Below the pieces are notes generated by a model, which had not been told where the DNA came from, did no database searches, and worked only from the letters and a program-made list of their open reading frames with translations. A stretch of DNA of 64,000 nt from a virus (taxonomy: Duplodnaviria > Caudoviricetes), in the IMG/VR virus record IMGVR_UViG_2756170314_000001, positions 1 through 64,000 of that record, one strand, 5' to 3'. Positions within the stretch are counted from its first letter, which is position 1. Each line of letters begins with the position of its first letter. Positions 31,251 through 41,045 of this stretch are shown piece after piece. A program made the translations under genes and the position numbers.

Positions 31251-31703
31251 TTAATCCTCTATTTTTTTATTTTTGTTTTTAAAGATGTGTGGCTGCGACA
31301 CAAAGTATGTCAGCTTAATCTTCTTATGCCCTTTTAAGTACTTATCAATGAAGTAATTAAAGAATTGAACGTCATCTTCTAAATTAAACAAGTTAGAAGA
31401 TCTTTGAAAAACGTTAATTCCAATTACTCGTTTCTCATTGTCGAATATAAAATGAACTGCTGAGATACATTCGTCACTTGATAACATAACTTGTCTTTCA
31501 CTTGAGATCCACCCTTTATCATACTTGTAAAGTAAGTGTCTTAGTTGCATTTCGAGTGAAGTATAATAAGGTTCATCAGAGTCAGGAAAGGTATTCCTGG
31601 TCTGAGGATTAATCATCGTGAAGGATTCATACAAGATCATTTCATCATTTTCTTTTAAATATTCAAGTTCGCCTACAGATGGGATTCGAGGAAATTGTAA
31701 CAT
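31251..31703 (-). CDS. Minimal thymidylate-synthase/dCMP-hydroxymethylase-fold protein
   Basis: S.RQ...ECISAVHF...VFQRSSN...DD...YFVSQPHIF mirrors the TS PC..QF / QRS.D / HIY motifs in only 150 aa. Confidence 0.55.
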   Translation of the reverse strand: MLQFPRIPSVGELEYLKENDEMILYESFTMINPQTRNTFPDSDEPYYTSLEMQLRHLLYKYDKGWISSERQVMLSSDECISAVHFIFDNEKRVIGINVFQRSSNLFNLEDDVQFFNYFIDKYLKGHKKIKLTYFVSQPHIFKNKNKKIED

Positions 31704-32677
31704 TACTCATCTTCTCCTCGGCCTGCAAGGTGATCCATATACTGTTTTGAGGCAATTTTCCATTCTTCAAGTTGATTTTTATATTCTTGGAACATTTTTT
31801 GAAACTTAGTTGGCCCTTCTGGAGGGTTGGTTCCATTAATATTTTCACGGTAGTCTTGATAAATAAAGTCTTTTTCATTCCATTCGAATTTATCTGAGTT
31901 TTCTTCTGGGAAGTACAGGTTTGTGGCATGTCCATTTCGAGCATTCTTGATGTAATGGAAACTTGGCATTTCAAAGTCGATCAGATCTAAATGAGCAATA
32001 GGATATGCCCGACACAGCTCAAGATACATTTGATATGCAATAATGTTATCTGACTTCGGTTGAATCTGGCGATCAATACGCTGCTTGCAGAATGCCAATA
32101 AATCTTTAACATTCATTGAAGCATAATAAAAGTTATCATGGTTTTTATTCAGAATAAGTCGAGCATCCATAATTGAAATCTTCCTAGAATCAATCATTTC
32201 AGCATAAAGCTCACGACATTGACGAGTAAGATCTTTGTATCTTTCTAAAAACTCAGGGGAATTTTCAATAGACTCAGGAATAACTGCAGTTGTATGAGAT
32301 AACCAACGATCCCCTGTACATTGAGCCGAGAACGAAAATGTTCTATGACGAATTAAATGGGTTACGTCTTGGACTGAAATTCCTTCAATTCGGAATGTTA
32401 AACGAATCGTTTCAAGTATTGAAGGTAGCGTTTTAAAGGTGAAGGCTTTTTCAATATCATCAACCACCTGTGCCATGCTATATGTTTCTTCAGGTTCATC
32501 AGCCCAGGTAGCATTCACATATCCAGGGAGGTAATGAATGATGCTTTCCCAAGGAGTATAATCAACAAGAGTAACTTTAATATTCTCTAAATCATTTTTG
32601 AATTCAAAATCCGGCTTTTCACCAAAGCGAATTGGCATAGGCAATTTAACAGGCTCAAGGTTATTGTTTTTAGGCAT
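31703..32677 (-). CDS. Divergent flavin-dependent thymidylate synthase (ThyX family)
   Basis: LETIRLTFRIEGIS, THLIRHRTFSF and DARLIL motifs. Confidence 0.8.
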   Translation of the reverse strand: MPKNNNLEPVKLPMPIRFGEKPDFEFKNDLENIKVTLVDYTPWESIIHYLPGYVNATWADEPEETYSMAQVVDDIEKAFTFKTLPSILETIRLTFRIEGISVQDVTHLIRHRTFSFSAQCTGDRWLSHTTAVIPESIENSPEFLERYKDLTRQCRELYAEMIDSRKISIMDARLILNKNHDNFYYASMNVKDLLAFCKQRIDRQIQPKSDNIIAYQMYLELCRAYPIAHLDLIDFEMPSFHYIKNARNGHATNLYFPEENSDKFEWNEKDFIYQDYRENINGTNPPEGPTKFQKMFQEYKNQLEEWKIASKQYMDHLAGRGEDE

Positions 32678-32773
32678 AGTTTAATTCCTCCGATTTTTCA
32701 ATATTTTTTTCAATAAGAATTACAATATATTTATATCTAAAAGTATGAAAACGTAAATCGATTTAATAATTTT

Positions 32774-33007
32774 TTATTGATTTTTTTCAATAAATTTTAA
32801 TTTCCCCTCAAAAACAACCTCGTACTTTGTAAGTAATCCTTCTTTATTAACTGAGAACGCACTCACCAGTTTTTTTATCATCATGTGATGTTGCAAACCC
32901 TGCGACGAAAGATAAGGCGGACTCTTGACTTCGGAAAGTTTCCATCCTTGATTCTTTAAATCCGAATTCATCTTCGTGCTCATAAACAATAATGAAGACT
33001 GATTCAT
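32774..33007 (-). CDS. Hypothetical protein
   Basis: Abuts the RNase H stop. Confidence 0.45.
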   Translation of the reverse strand: MNQSSLLFMSTKMNSDLKNQGWKLSEVKSPPYLSSQGLQHHMMIKKLVSAFSVNKEGLLTKYEVVFEGKLKFIEKNQ

Positions 33008-33475
33008 TCATACGGCAGCACCTCTTGTAAGTTCATCCATTGCCTCATTTGCTAATCTATCAGCAAGTTCATTATCCGGGATTCCTGAATGGCCTTTAAC
33101 TTTGTTAAAAGTGATAAACGGGAATTGTTCGACCAGTTCAATTAATTCAATCCATAACTGGCGATTCTCCACCGGCTTTTTACCAGCTGTAACCCATCCG
33201 TTATTCATCCATTTCTTATACCAACCTTGGTTCATACAGTTACACAGATATGCAGAATCAGTATTGATTTCTACAGGGATATTAGTTGTTTTTAATTGTT
33301 TAAGGGCTTCAATAGCTGCACGAATTTCCATCATGTTATTAGTCACGTTTCTAAAGCCAGCCTTAATGGTTTTAACGTGGTCACCATATCGAAGAACTGC
33401 CCCAAAACCTCCGACATTGTTATCTTTTCCGTTATTTCTTGCTGCGCCATCGCAGTAAATTACAACCTTTTTCAT
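33008..33475 (-). CDS. rnhA: Ribonuclease HI
   Basis: YCDGA, TNNMMEIRA, TDSAY, KVKGHSG..DNELADRLA. Confidence 0.95.
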   Translation of the reverse strand: MKKVVIYCDGAARNNGKDNNVGGFGAVLRYGDHVKTIKAGFRNVTNNMMEIRAAIEALKQLKTTNIPVEINTDSAYLCNCMNQGWYKKWMNNGWVTAGKKPVENRQLWIELIELVEQFPFITFNKVKGHSGIPDNELADRLANEAMDELTRGAAV

Positions 33476-33936
33476 TAAAGGACTCCCTCCTTGACAAGAT
33501 CGTTGGCAATTTCCTCAGGAGTCTTATATGTTGTGTCTACAATGATCTTCTTCATTGGGGACTTATCAAAATAAAATTTATAAAAATGCTTATGCAAAGT
33601 ATAATCAAGAATTTCGTGGCCGGTCTGAATGCATCGATCTATCAGGACTTTTGTGTCACAATCAAGGTAAATTACGAGTACGTCTTCCATCTTAGCTAGG
33701 TGTTTTTCTAAATCATCATAGTTATCCCATAATTGAGGATCCCGACTAAACAGGTCACAGTATGTTTTAAAACCAATCGGTCCCCTATCGACTACAATAT
33801 GTTTGTAGCAAGTGGCTTTATTTATAGCATGTTGTAAAGTTGATTTTCCCGAACGATCAACACCTTCAAGGATGATGATTTTTGGCTTAACAAATTCAGG
33901 AGTCGGCGCGACAACACAAGTAGTTGAGTTAGTCAT
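33475..33936 (-). CDS. Deoxynucleoside monophosphate kinase (dTMP kinase-like)
   Basis: LEGVDRSGKST P-loop and VDR motif. Confidence 0.8.
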   Translation of the reverse strand: MTNSTTCVVAPTPEFVKPKIIILEGVDRSGKSTLQHAINKATCYKHIVVDRGPIGFKTYCDLFSRDPQLWDNYDDLEKHLAKMEDVLVIYLDCDTKVLIDRCIQTGHEILDYTLHKHFYKFYFDKSPMKKIIVDTTYKTPEEIANDLVKEGVL

Positions 33937-34128
33937 AATTGTTATATCCTCCGATTTCTTTAATCTCTTTGCTTTACTTTGTATTTATATCTGGTGATTC
34001 GAAAACGTAAATTGAAATATAAAAAAGACTACTATAGCAGTCTTTATTGGCATAACTTTTATATCCGACATAACTTTTATATCTGCTTTATAAAAAACAA
34101 AAAAGGCTGGAGACAAATCTCCAACCTT

Positions 34129-34917
34129 TTATATAGCTAACAAATCTATTGATTTCATAAACTTTTCAATTCGAGTGATTACTTCATCAACTTTGTCTTC
34201 AGGGAACTCAAACCACTCTGGTTGCTTAGTTTGACCAGTCTTTGGTGGAAGTCTGTATTCTTCAAATTGAGAGTGAATCAATCTTTCAACTGCTTTACCA
34301 TCCTTACAAGGGAAAGTAGCGACGACTTCCAAGTCTCTTGAGGTATATGTATTCATGTTTGCTTCAGCATAACGTTCTTGCCAAGGCCGGGTAGTCATAC
34401 CAATTTTGAGTTCATTTCTAACTTTAGGGTGTCTAAAAATATATATCCATTGGAGACCCCCATAATCATCATTTTCGGGCTCGTCAGAGATAACTTCTGA
34501 TGAATATATATATTTAATCAAATCGGATCTCTGTAGCTCTATAAGGGCCTTACAAACATAATTTATGCATTGTTCAGCATAGTAGGCTGAGTTAGGTGGT
34601 TCGATAGCTGAAACATCAACTTCTGAATCATAATATTTCAAAACAAGTTCATCTATAACTTCCAAGCCTTCTTTGTAGACTATTTTAGCTTGTCCAGCTT
34701 TAACTACCGTTGCTTTTACTCCATGCCTAACATGAGAGTGCCAATTAAAGAAGCCTTTCAAGCCAGGACATATAAAAGCAATGTACTTATAATCTCCAGA
34801 CCTTGCACTCCTTCCAAGTATGTTTGTGGCTGTTAAAGCTTCATATTGGTTCATAGGAATATTGCCGTTTTCATTAAACAACCTGATCATTGAATTTGAT
34901 AATTTTTCCGTATCCAT
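34129..34917 (-). CDS. GIY-YIG-family (T5orf172-like) nuclease-domain protein
   Basis: WIYIF...LKIGMTTR...ER...VERLIH...EWF. Confidence 0.75.
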   Translation of the reverse strand: MDTEKLSNSMIRLFNENGNIPMNQYEALTATNILGRSARSGDYKYIAFICPGLKGFFNWHSHVRHGVKATVVKAGQAKIVYKEGLEVIDELVLKYYDSEVDVSAIEPPNSAYYAEQCINYVCKALIELQRSDLIKYIYSSEVISDEPENDDYGGLQWIYIFRHPKVRNELKIGMTTRPWQERYAEANMNTYTSRDLEVVATFPCKDGKAVERLIHSQFEEYRLPPKTGQTKQPEWFEFPEDKVDEVITRIEKFMKSIDLLAI

Positions 34918-35193
34918 AGCAGAATAATTTTAACATAAAATAGTGTTTTTATTATAGAGTCACTTTTTCGTTTTATTCTTCATATGCTAATAGCATACAG
35001 TGGTGGTAAGAAATTTAAGGACGAGGATGTTTCATTTTTTGTTATGTTTCTGCGACACAAAATTAACGACATAAATAAACACAAAAATATTTACGTGGCT
35101 GTACAAATTTTTCATTGCCTCAATGGGGATCCATACTGGACACACTATAACTTTGTTGATACAATCACTATATATTAAGTATATATTACGTAG

Positions 35194-35244
35194 TAATATT
35201 ACATGATAATGTTACATGATAATGTTACATGGTAATGTTGCATT
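35194..35244. repeat. 13-bp tandem repeat TAATGTTACATGA, 3 copies plus a degenerate fourth
   Basis: Units start at 35194, 35207, 35220 and 35233. Confidence 0.8.
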
Positions 35245-35289
35245 GTTGCATTGTTGTTTATCGTTTTCGAATGAATAAAATATTCGTAA

Positions 35290-35433
35290 ACGAATAAAAT
35301 AAAAAAGACCGAAGATGGTGCAACATCTTCGATCTGTAATAGAATAGCTCCTGAGGGAGACGGCTTTGTCTAAAAAGCTAAATTAAATGTAGGAACGCTC
35401 TGACCGTCACATCATTCGTTCCTACTTTTTTTT
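35290..35433 (+). ncRNA. Putative antisense (antitoxin-like) RNA convergent with comI; 5' end approximate
   Basis: + strand terminator GTAGGAACG...CGTTCCTAC-T8 overlaps the comI stop; the comI terminator is at 35300-35335 on the - strand. Confidence 0.55.
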
Positions 35434-35514
35434 GTTGGAATTGGCAAGCGACAAGATTCCGACAATAAGGAGACCAAATTGAAACATCAATCCAAGTGCG
35501 CTTTCTACTGGCAT
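35422..35514 (-). CDS. comI: Competence inhibitor ComI (30 aa, MPVESALGLMFQFGLLIVGILSLANSNKKK)
   Basis: 30-aa single TM peptide with Gln at position 12 (cf. comI Q12L of pBS32); AAGGAGGTGA RBS; missed by the ORF track. Confidence 0.85.
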   Translation of the reverse strand: MPVESALGLMFQFGLLIVGILSLANSNKKK

Positions 35515-35772
35515 ATTCTCACCTCCTTCTTTCTAGACATGGAGGTGTGCCGTCTGCCCTTTTCCAAAAGCCGTATCTATTACGTTACTTATACTTTAAA
35601 TGAAAATCTTTCAAATTACAATATATAGACTGAGCTTGGAACGCAAATTAGGAGATTTGAGTTTTGTACTTTGTGTAAAAGCGCTTACACATTCTGCGAA
35701 AGGAGGATTTCTCTTTCTTACAAAATAAAAAAGAAGCCGAAAAATCGACTTCTCTACAAAAATACTACAGTA

Positions 35773-36333
35773 TCAATTTTCAAATTTACTCTCAATTGCT
35801 TTTTCCAATTTCTCAATTAAGTTTAAAACACGCTCTTGTGCCCCCTCATTAATACTCTTCATTTGATTTGTTTTATTCCCAAGCTCGATTTCGCTATTGG
35901 AATATTGAAGGACAGAAACCGTATCGGCAAGCTTAACGATTAGATAAGCAATTGTCTCTTCTTTTTCTTCTTTGAGAAATTTTTCATAAGCTTCAGCATA
36001 CTCAGGCATATTCTTTTTTAAGCTAACCACTTCAGCTCGCTCGAGGATCTCTGTTAAGTCGGGATTGTCCACTTTCGTATCATATGGTACATCGCCTAAG
36101 AAAATCTCCGGAATATCATGAACTGCAGCGAACTCTAAAGCTTTGAGCTTAATATAATCATCAATGTTGTACATCTGACAGATCTTCAGGACCGTTGTAA
36201 TCACGTAAAACGTATGTTCAGCAACATTTTCATGTTTGATTTTCGGACGATTATTGTATCGGATAATCTCTCCAAGTCCTAAGATTTGTGTATCTCCTAA
36301 AGTCCGTACTTTTCCACGGTTATAGTAAGTCAT
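35773..36333 (-). CDS. HD-domain 5'-deoxynucleotidase (YfbR-like)
   Basis: RY...ENVAEH...HDIPE...GDVP...VKLAD. Confidence 0.85.
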   Translation of the reverse strand: MTYYNRGKVRTLGDTQILGLGEIIRYNNRPKIKHENVAEHTFYVITTVLKICQMYNIDDYIKLKALEFAAVHDIPEIFLGDVPYDTKVDNPDLTEILERAEVVSLKKNMPEYAEAYEKFLKEEKEETIAYLIVKLADTVSVLQYSNSEIELGNKTNQMKSINEGAQERVLNLIEKLEKAIESKFEN

Positions 36334-36401
36334 AACTGTTGTGTCTCCTTTTTGTGAGTAATTGAGTTAAGTTATATCTGTTATAAAAGTTACGAGGGAT
36401 G

Positions 36402-36680
36402 TTATCCCTCGATTTTTCCTGCTTTTAAGAACATATCTCGAATCAGATCTTGCTTACCGTCAAATCCAACGATTCTTTCAATCTCATTTTCATCATCATC
36501 AACAAGTACCAAGACTGGGGCTGCCATAATACCAAACTTCATAGCAGCATTTATTGATTCATCATCACCATTTGAAAGGTTATAAGTTATATCTGGCTCG
36601 ACTCCCAGCTCAAAAGTATGGAAGTTCTCAAGCATCTGACAAGGACGGCAAGCATTTTGTTTAAATTTAATTACTTTCAT
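36402..36680 (-). CDS. Thioredoxin/NrdH-like redoxin
   Basis: CRPC motif; GIMAAPVLV. Confidence 0.8.
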   Translation of the reverse strand: MKVIKFKQNACRPCQMLENFHTFELGVEPDITYNLSNGDDESINAAMKFGIMAAPVLVLVDDDENEIERIVGFDGKQDLIRDMFLKAGKIEG

Positions 36681-36784
36681 GTTGGTTCCTCCATATGTAC
36701 TGATAGATGATTATTGAATAAAACCAATAAAAAATTATTTAATCAGTTATCTTTTGATATTAATTATTGAATTTATTAAATAAA

Positions 36785-37243
36785 TTATTCAATTAAACCT
36801 TCATAATAGATTTCTTGACCAAGTATGGCAGCTTCCAATTCCTCAACCGTTTTACACGCAGCTTTTCCGGACTCAGCTAGCATTAAGTTGAACATTCCAT
36901 CTTTACCGAGTGTGAAGGCCACATAAATTACTGGAACACCTGATGCATAAGCATGTCCGGCTTCAAAAATGGTTCCCATATCTTTATCATCAGTGATGGC
37001 AATAACAAGCTCTGATTCTTCAATTCCTCTTACATTCATATCAAAAGACTTTTTGCGAACTTCAGGCGATGATATTGGGCCGATTGCTGATTGTTTTCTT
37101 GGTGAAAAGTAAGTTAATCCATGTTTTTCAAGTAATGTCTCGACCAAAGCAACACGAGTGATTTGATCTGGCTTGAAAAATGGCGCAGCAATGTAAACAT
37201 GTTGTTTCTTGCCTGGAGATAATGATTTAGTAGTTTGAGTCAT
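36785..37243 (-). CDS. Nucleoside 2-deoxyribosyltransferase/nucleotide N-hydrolase family protein
   Basis: VYIAAPFF, DMGTIFEAGHAYA, NLML. Confidence 0.85.
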   Translation of the reverse strand: MTQTTKSLSPGKKQHVYIAAPFFKPDQITRVALVETLLEKHGLTYFSPRKQSAIGPISSPEVRKKSFDMNVRGIEESELVIAITDDKDMGTIFEAGHAYASGVPVIYVAFTLGKDGMFNLMLAESGKAACKTVEELEAAILGQEIYYEGLIE

Positions 37244-37402
37244 AATTATTCCTCCGATTTAAATATGGTGTTTTCTCTTTATTTATATCTGGTGATTCGA
37301 AAACGTAAATTAATGTCGAAACTTTTATTACGTTTTTTCTAAAAAGCTATTTTGTCTATGATATGATTGTTATGACTACTATAATCGGAGGTTATAACTG
37401 TT

Positions 37403-37927
37403 ATGAATGTTTTCGCTGGTGTCGATGATGTAGCCCGAGAACTTGGGTTATCTCCATCAACTATTAAGAAGTACTATCTCTTGATAGAAGAGAACGGATA
37501 CAGATTTACGAGAAGTCGCACAGGAAAAGTAATCTTCTCAGAGAGAGATTTGGAGATTTTTAAGCGACTGATTCAGATTAAAAACGAAAAAGGAATAAAA
37601 GTTGTAGACGCTGTTAAGACAGTTATATCTTCTATAACTGATGTAACTGTGTGGAAAGAGTCGGCTGTCGCCACTGAATTTGAAGAACCACCGGTGGATA
37701 TAACAGTTATGAAAGAAACAATGGAACAAATGCATGAAATTATAAAAAACCAACAGAAACAAATAGACCAGCTGTTAGAAAGCCAAAATCAAACTCAAAA
37801 GCTTTTAGAAAGTGGCTCTACAGATAGAGACAAGTTATTACTGCAGTCAATTAGAGAAACCCAGGAATTAAAACAATTGATCTTAGAAAACAACAAGAAG
37901 AAAAAATGGTGGCAGTTCGGTAAATAA
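37403..37927 (+). CDS. HTH plus coiled-coil protein with KKKWWQF tail (DUF3967/pSK1 Par/RacA-like)
   Basis: MerR-like HTH (VARELGLSPSTIKKY), central coiled coil, C-terminal KKKKWWQFGK. Confidence 0.75.
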   Translation: MNVFAGVDDVARELGLSPSTIKKYYLLIEENGYRFTRSRTGKVIFSERDLEIFKRLIQIKNEKGIKVVDAVKTVISSITDVTVWKESAVATEFEEPPVDITVMKETMEQMHEIIKNQQKQIDQLLESQNQTQKLLESGSTDRDKLLLQSIRETQELKQLILENNKKKKWWQFGK

Positions 37928-37999
37928 AGATAGCCATAACAATTACAACTACTGCTGTAACTGTTATGGCTGACGTTGTGACTGTCATAACTGTTGTAC

Positions 38000-39751
38000 C
38001 TAAAAAATAATAGTTTCTGCGGTAATTTCGTCAGGTACCTCAATAAAATCATATTGGCCAGATTCATTTCTTTCACAGTCAACCAATACTAATTGAAGAG
38101 TTCGTTTATTACCATAAACGTTCACAGATGGGGTACCAACGAAATCCATCGTGATTTGCCTGTCGAAATTATTTTTAAGACTCTCATATAATCCTTCGGG
38201 TGCTCCGTACATAACAAACTCAACACCATTTTCATAAAAGGTTAACATGGAACCTTTTTGACGGATAAAGTTCTTATTAATTTTAATTCCGACAAAGGCT
38301 AGTAGGGGTTCTTGAACTTTCCCACCAAATAAGTGTTTATTATCAGTAACATCTTCAATTAGAGACCGATCAACGTTTTCCTTTACTATGAGGTCAACCT
38401 CATAAACAAACTCATTCTGCTCAACTTCATGTGTTCTTTTTTTGAACTCCTCAAAGTTATCTTCAGGGATAGAGATACCAAAAGCATTGGCATGTCCTTG
38501 AGCAAACTCAACTAAGCCAGTTTCATTGCACCAGTCTTTAAGAGAAGACAAAACTTTTTCATCTCCACGTCCCGATCCAATATATTTCTTATCTTTATAA
38601 TAGAGCACTAAAGCCGGCTTCTGATATTTTTTCGCAACTTTATTAGCGACTAAACCGGTAATCGCAGCTTCATCGGAAGAATCAAGTAAAGCAATTGAAA
38701 TTCCACCTTCATTGTATGTACTGCTTCTAAGTTTTTCTAAAGACTTTTTAATCATTGAGTTCTGACGGCCCTTAACTTTTTTCATCATATCAAAGGCATA
38801 TTCATATAGATCTTGCTCAACTAATATCTTATCGAATTTACCGGTCTTTTTATTTTTCTTCCGTTTCTCTACATTCCAAACTCGTCCATCACCGATCTTA
38901 TTTAAGGCTCTGAACAGGAGGTCTTTTTCATCTTCAGTCCCAACACGAACAACAGCATTAATCATTGGAATGATAGAGAAAGAGAGATCTTTTGGTGCAA
39001 TGCCTTCTAGGCTTCCGAAAACATCCATTACAGCAACTTTAACCAGAGGATTATTGATTGTCTCAAGACCACGGAAGACTAGATTTCTGACCTCATTTTC
39101 ACTTATATCTGAAGTATCTCCAATTTGACCGATAGCAACTAAGTCGAGTAGATCATCTGCATAATGAGTATCTAAAATCCTATCTAAGGCCTGGCAAAAC
39201 TTATAGGCCATACCTGCACCAACTAAATTCTTATTAGTGCTTTTATTCTCGTCTAATTGGTTATTAATTAAAATTCCGTGCGTCGGCATCTTATCTACTT
39301 CATGGTGATCTAGGACGATAATGTCAATTCCCATGTAATAAAGCCTTTGAAGTTCATCAACATCATTAGACGCTGCATCAGGAATAATAATTAAATCTAT
39401 TGATGAGTCAGCAATCTTTTGAGAAATTTCATCGGTTAATCCATGAGCTTTTCGATCATGAAGAAAATATGAAACATGCGAATCTGGTTCGATTTTTTTT
39501 ATATATTGATAGATTATTGATGCAGACGAGAATCCATCAGCGTCAGCATCAACTAAAATACCGATGTGGTCGTTTATAAGCAAATGAGCAAGAAGTACAT
39601 TCGCGCCTAGTTCAATATTATGAAGATCAAAAGGATTAAGATCCTCGCTGCTGTTAGGATTAAGGAATGTATCAATATCCTTAATATTTCTATTCTTCAA
39701 TATGGTGTCTATGATGTCTCCATTGTAAGAACTGATTTGTTTAATCTTCAT
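38000..39751 (-). CDS. RecJ-like ssDNA exonuclease (DHH family)
   Basis: DADADG, DHH, GSGRG and GHANAFG motifs. Confidence 0.9.
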   Translation of the reverse strand: MKIKQISSYNGDIIDTILKNRNIKDIDTFLNPNSSEDLNPFDLHNIELGANVLLAHLLINDHIGILVDADADGFSSASIIYQYIKKIEPDSHVSYFLHDRKAHGLTDEISQKIADSSIDLIIIPDAASNDVDELQRLYYMGIDIIVLDHHEVDKMPTHGILINNQLDENKSTNKNLVGAGMAYKFCQALDRILDTHYADDLLDLVAIGQIGDTSDISENEVRNLVFRGLETINNPLVKVAVMDVFGSLEGIAPKDLSFSIIPMINAVVRVGTEDEKDLLFRALNKIGDGRVWNVEKRKKNKKTGKFDKILVEQDLYEYAFDMMKKVKGRQNSMIKKSLEKLRSSTYNEGGISIALLDSSDEAAITGLVANKVAKKYQKPALVLYYKDKKYIGSGRGDEKVLSSLKDWCNETGLVEFAQGHANAFGISIPEDNFEEFKKRTHEVEQNEFVYEVDLIVKENVDRSLIEDVTDNKHLFGGKVQEPLLAFVGIKINKNFIRQKGSMLTFYENGVEFVMYGAPEGLYESLKNNFDRQITMDFVGTPSVNVYGNKRTLQLVLVDCERNESGQYDFIEVPDEITAETIIF

Positions 39752-39944
39752 TGGATTCACCAACAATTTTATTAGTGATTCTCAGGAATTGAGGGTGGAT
39801 GCCTTCTAGCTCTAACATATCTTTGATTGCATAATTCATTCTTTTGATTTGTTCTTCCTTTTCTTCAGCTGATAATTTATTTACATATTCAATTTCCTCA
39901 CTGTTTAAAGGGCGATCGATCTCTATTTTTATAACACTTCTCAT
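39741..39944 (-). CDS. Hypothetical protein
   Basis: AGGAGG RBS; directly after a SigN promoter. Confidence 0.6.
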   Translation of the reverse strand: MRSVIKIEIDRPLNSEEIEYVNKLSAEEKEEQIKRMNYAIKDMLELEGIHPQFLRITNKIVGESNED

Positions 39945-40004
39945 AAATTTTTCCTCCTAGTAGTTGAATCTTCGTTATTATATCTGGGGTTTTTAAAACG
40001 TAAA

Positions 40005-41045
40005 TCAAGCTACTAGGATTCGGTTATGGAATAATTTCATGAAAGTTTCTGGGCCTTTATCTGAAGGGCTGTCTTTTAAATCGAGAAGACCTTCAACATC
40101 CCACATCACACTTGTTTCGAACCTGGAACTAAGCTTATTAATAAAAACACTATTGATTTTCTCTATGTAGTATTTTTCTTCGATACTCCCGACTTCTGTG
40201 AATTCTTTATCTAGTGCAATTATGACTCGTTCGATGCCTAAGTCATTTATTATTTCTAACTGAGTATCAGTGAGAGTTGACCCACTTAAAGCTACAGCAA
40301 TAGACATATCAGGAAACATAGTATCTATCTGCATGACTGACTTTTCAGATTCACACAAGATGATTGCTCCGTAATCTGTTATTTGTTCTAGGTTAAAATT
40401 TAATCCATAAAGGCAGGCGCCGGTGGGGTGCTTTAAAAAACGATTTTTGTAAAACACGGGCATATATTTTTTTCCGGAGTTCACTAATTCCTGATTTAAG
40501 TTCCGGGCTCGGACCCCAACAAGATTTCCTTTAAGATCATAGTGAGGTATGATTATTTGGTTATCTAAAACTGAGTACTTAATATTAAACTTCTTCATTG
40601 TCTTTGGAGAAATGTTGTCTTCTATCCAAGACTTATGATAGTAGTCATAATAAGAATCAAGGATTTTCTTATCTAACAACTTAATTTCTGCTGCCATATC
40701 TTTTGGCTCAAACTTTTCAAAAAAAGACATATCCACTTTATCAGAGCCATATTTTGAATTTCCGTATGATAATCCAAATCTCTGACAAACAAATTTAAAT
40801 GACTCAAAAAAAGTTAACCCTTTTATTTTCCCTATTAATCCGTACAGGTCCATGTGGCCGCATTCCGTAAAGCAATAAAATGAATGAGAGTTAGAATAGT
40901 AGGTAAGCTTATGACTATGACCGTTATGACAGATCGTTTTGCATATAATATTTGAACCTTTTAATTTTGGTTGGGCTCCTAACTCTTGAAGTAAGGTGAA
41001 TATGTCATTTTCACTCAAGGATTGTTTTACTTCGTTGGCATCCAA
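40005..41045 (-). CDS. DnaG-type primase
   Basis: CH..H...CFTEC Zn finger, IIIPH, LYGL, CESEKS and ALD TOPRIM motifs. Confidence 0.9.
   Translation of the reverse strand: MDANEVKQSLSENDIFTLLQELGAQPKLKGSNIICKTICHNGHSHKLTYYSNSHSFYCFTECGHMDLYGLIGKIKGLTFFESFKFVCQRFGLSYGNSKYGSDKVDMSFFEKFEPKDMAAEIKLLDKKILDSYYDYYHKSWIEDNISPKTMKKFNIKYSVLDNQIIIPHYDLKGNLVGVRARNLNQELVNSGKKYMPVFYKNRFLKHPTGACLYGLNFNLEQITDYGAIILCESEKSVMQIDTMFPDMSIAVALSGSTLTDTQLEIINDLGIERVIIALDKEFTEVGSIEEKYYIEKINSVFINKLSSRFETSVMWDVEGLLDLKDSPSDKGPETFMKLFHNRILVA

Noticed and set aside
35676-35689. cre-like site TAAAAGCGCTTACA upstream of comI
   Set aside because: It has one mismatch at a conserved position and an unclear relation to a promoter; too weak to call.
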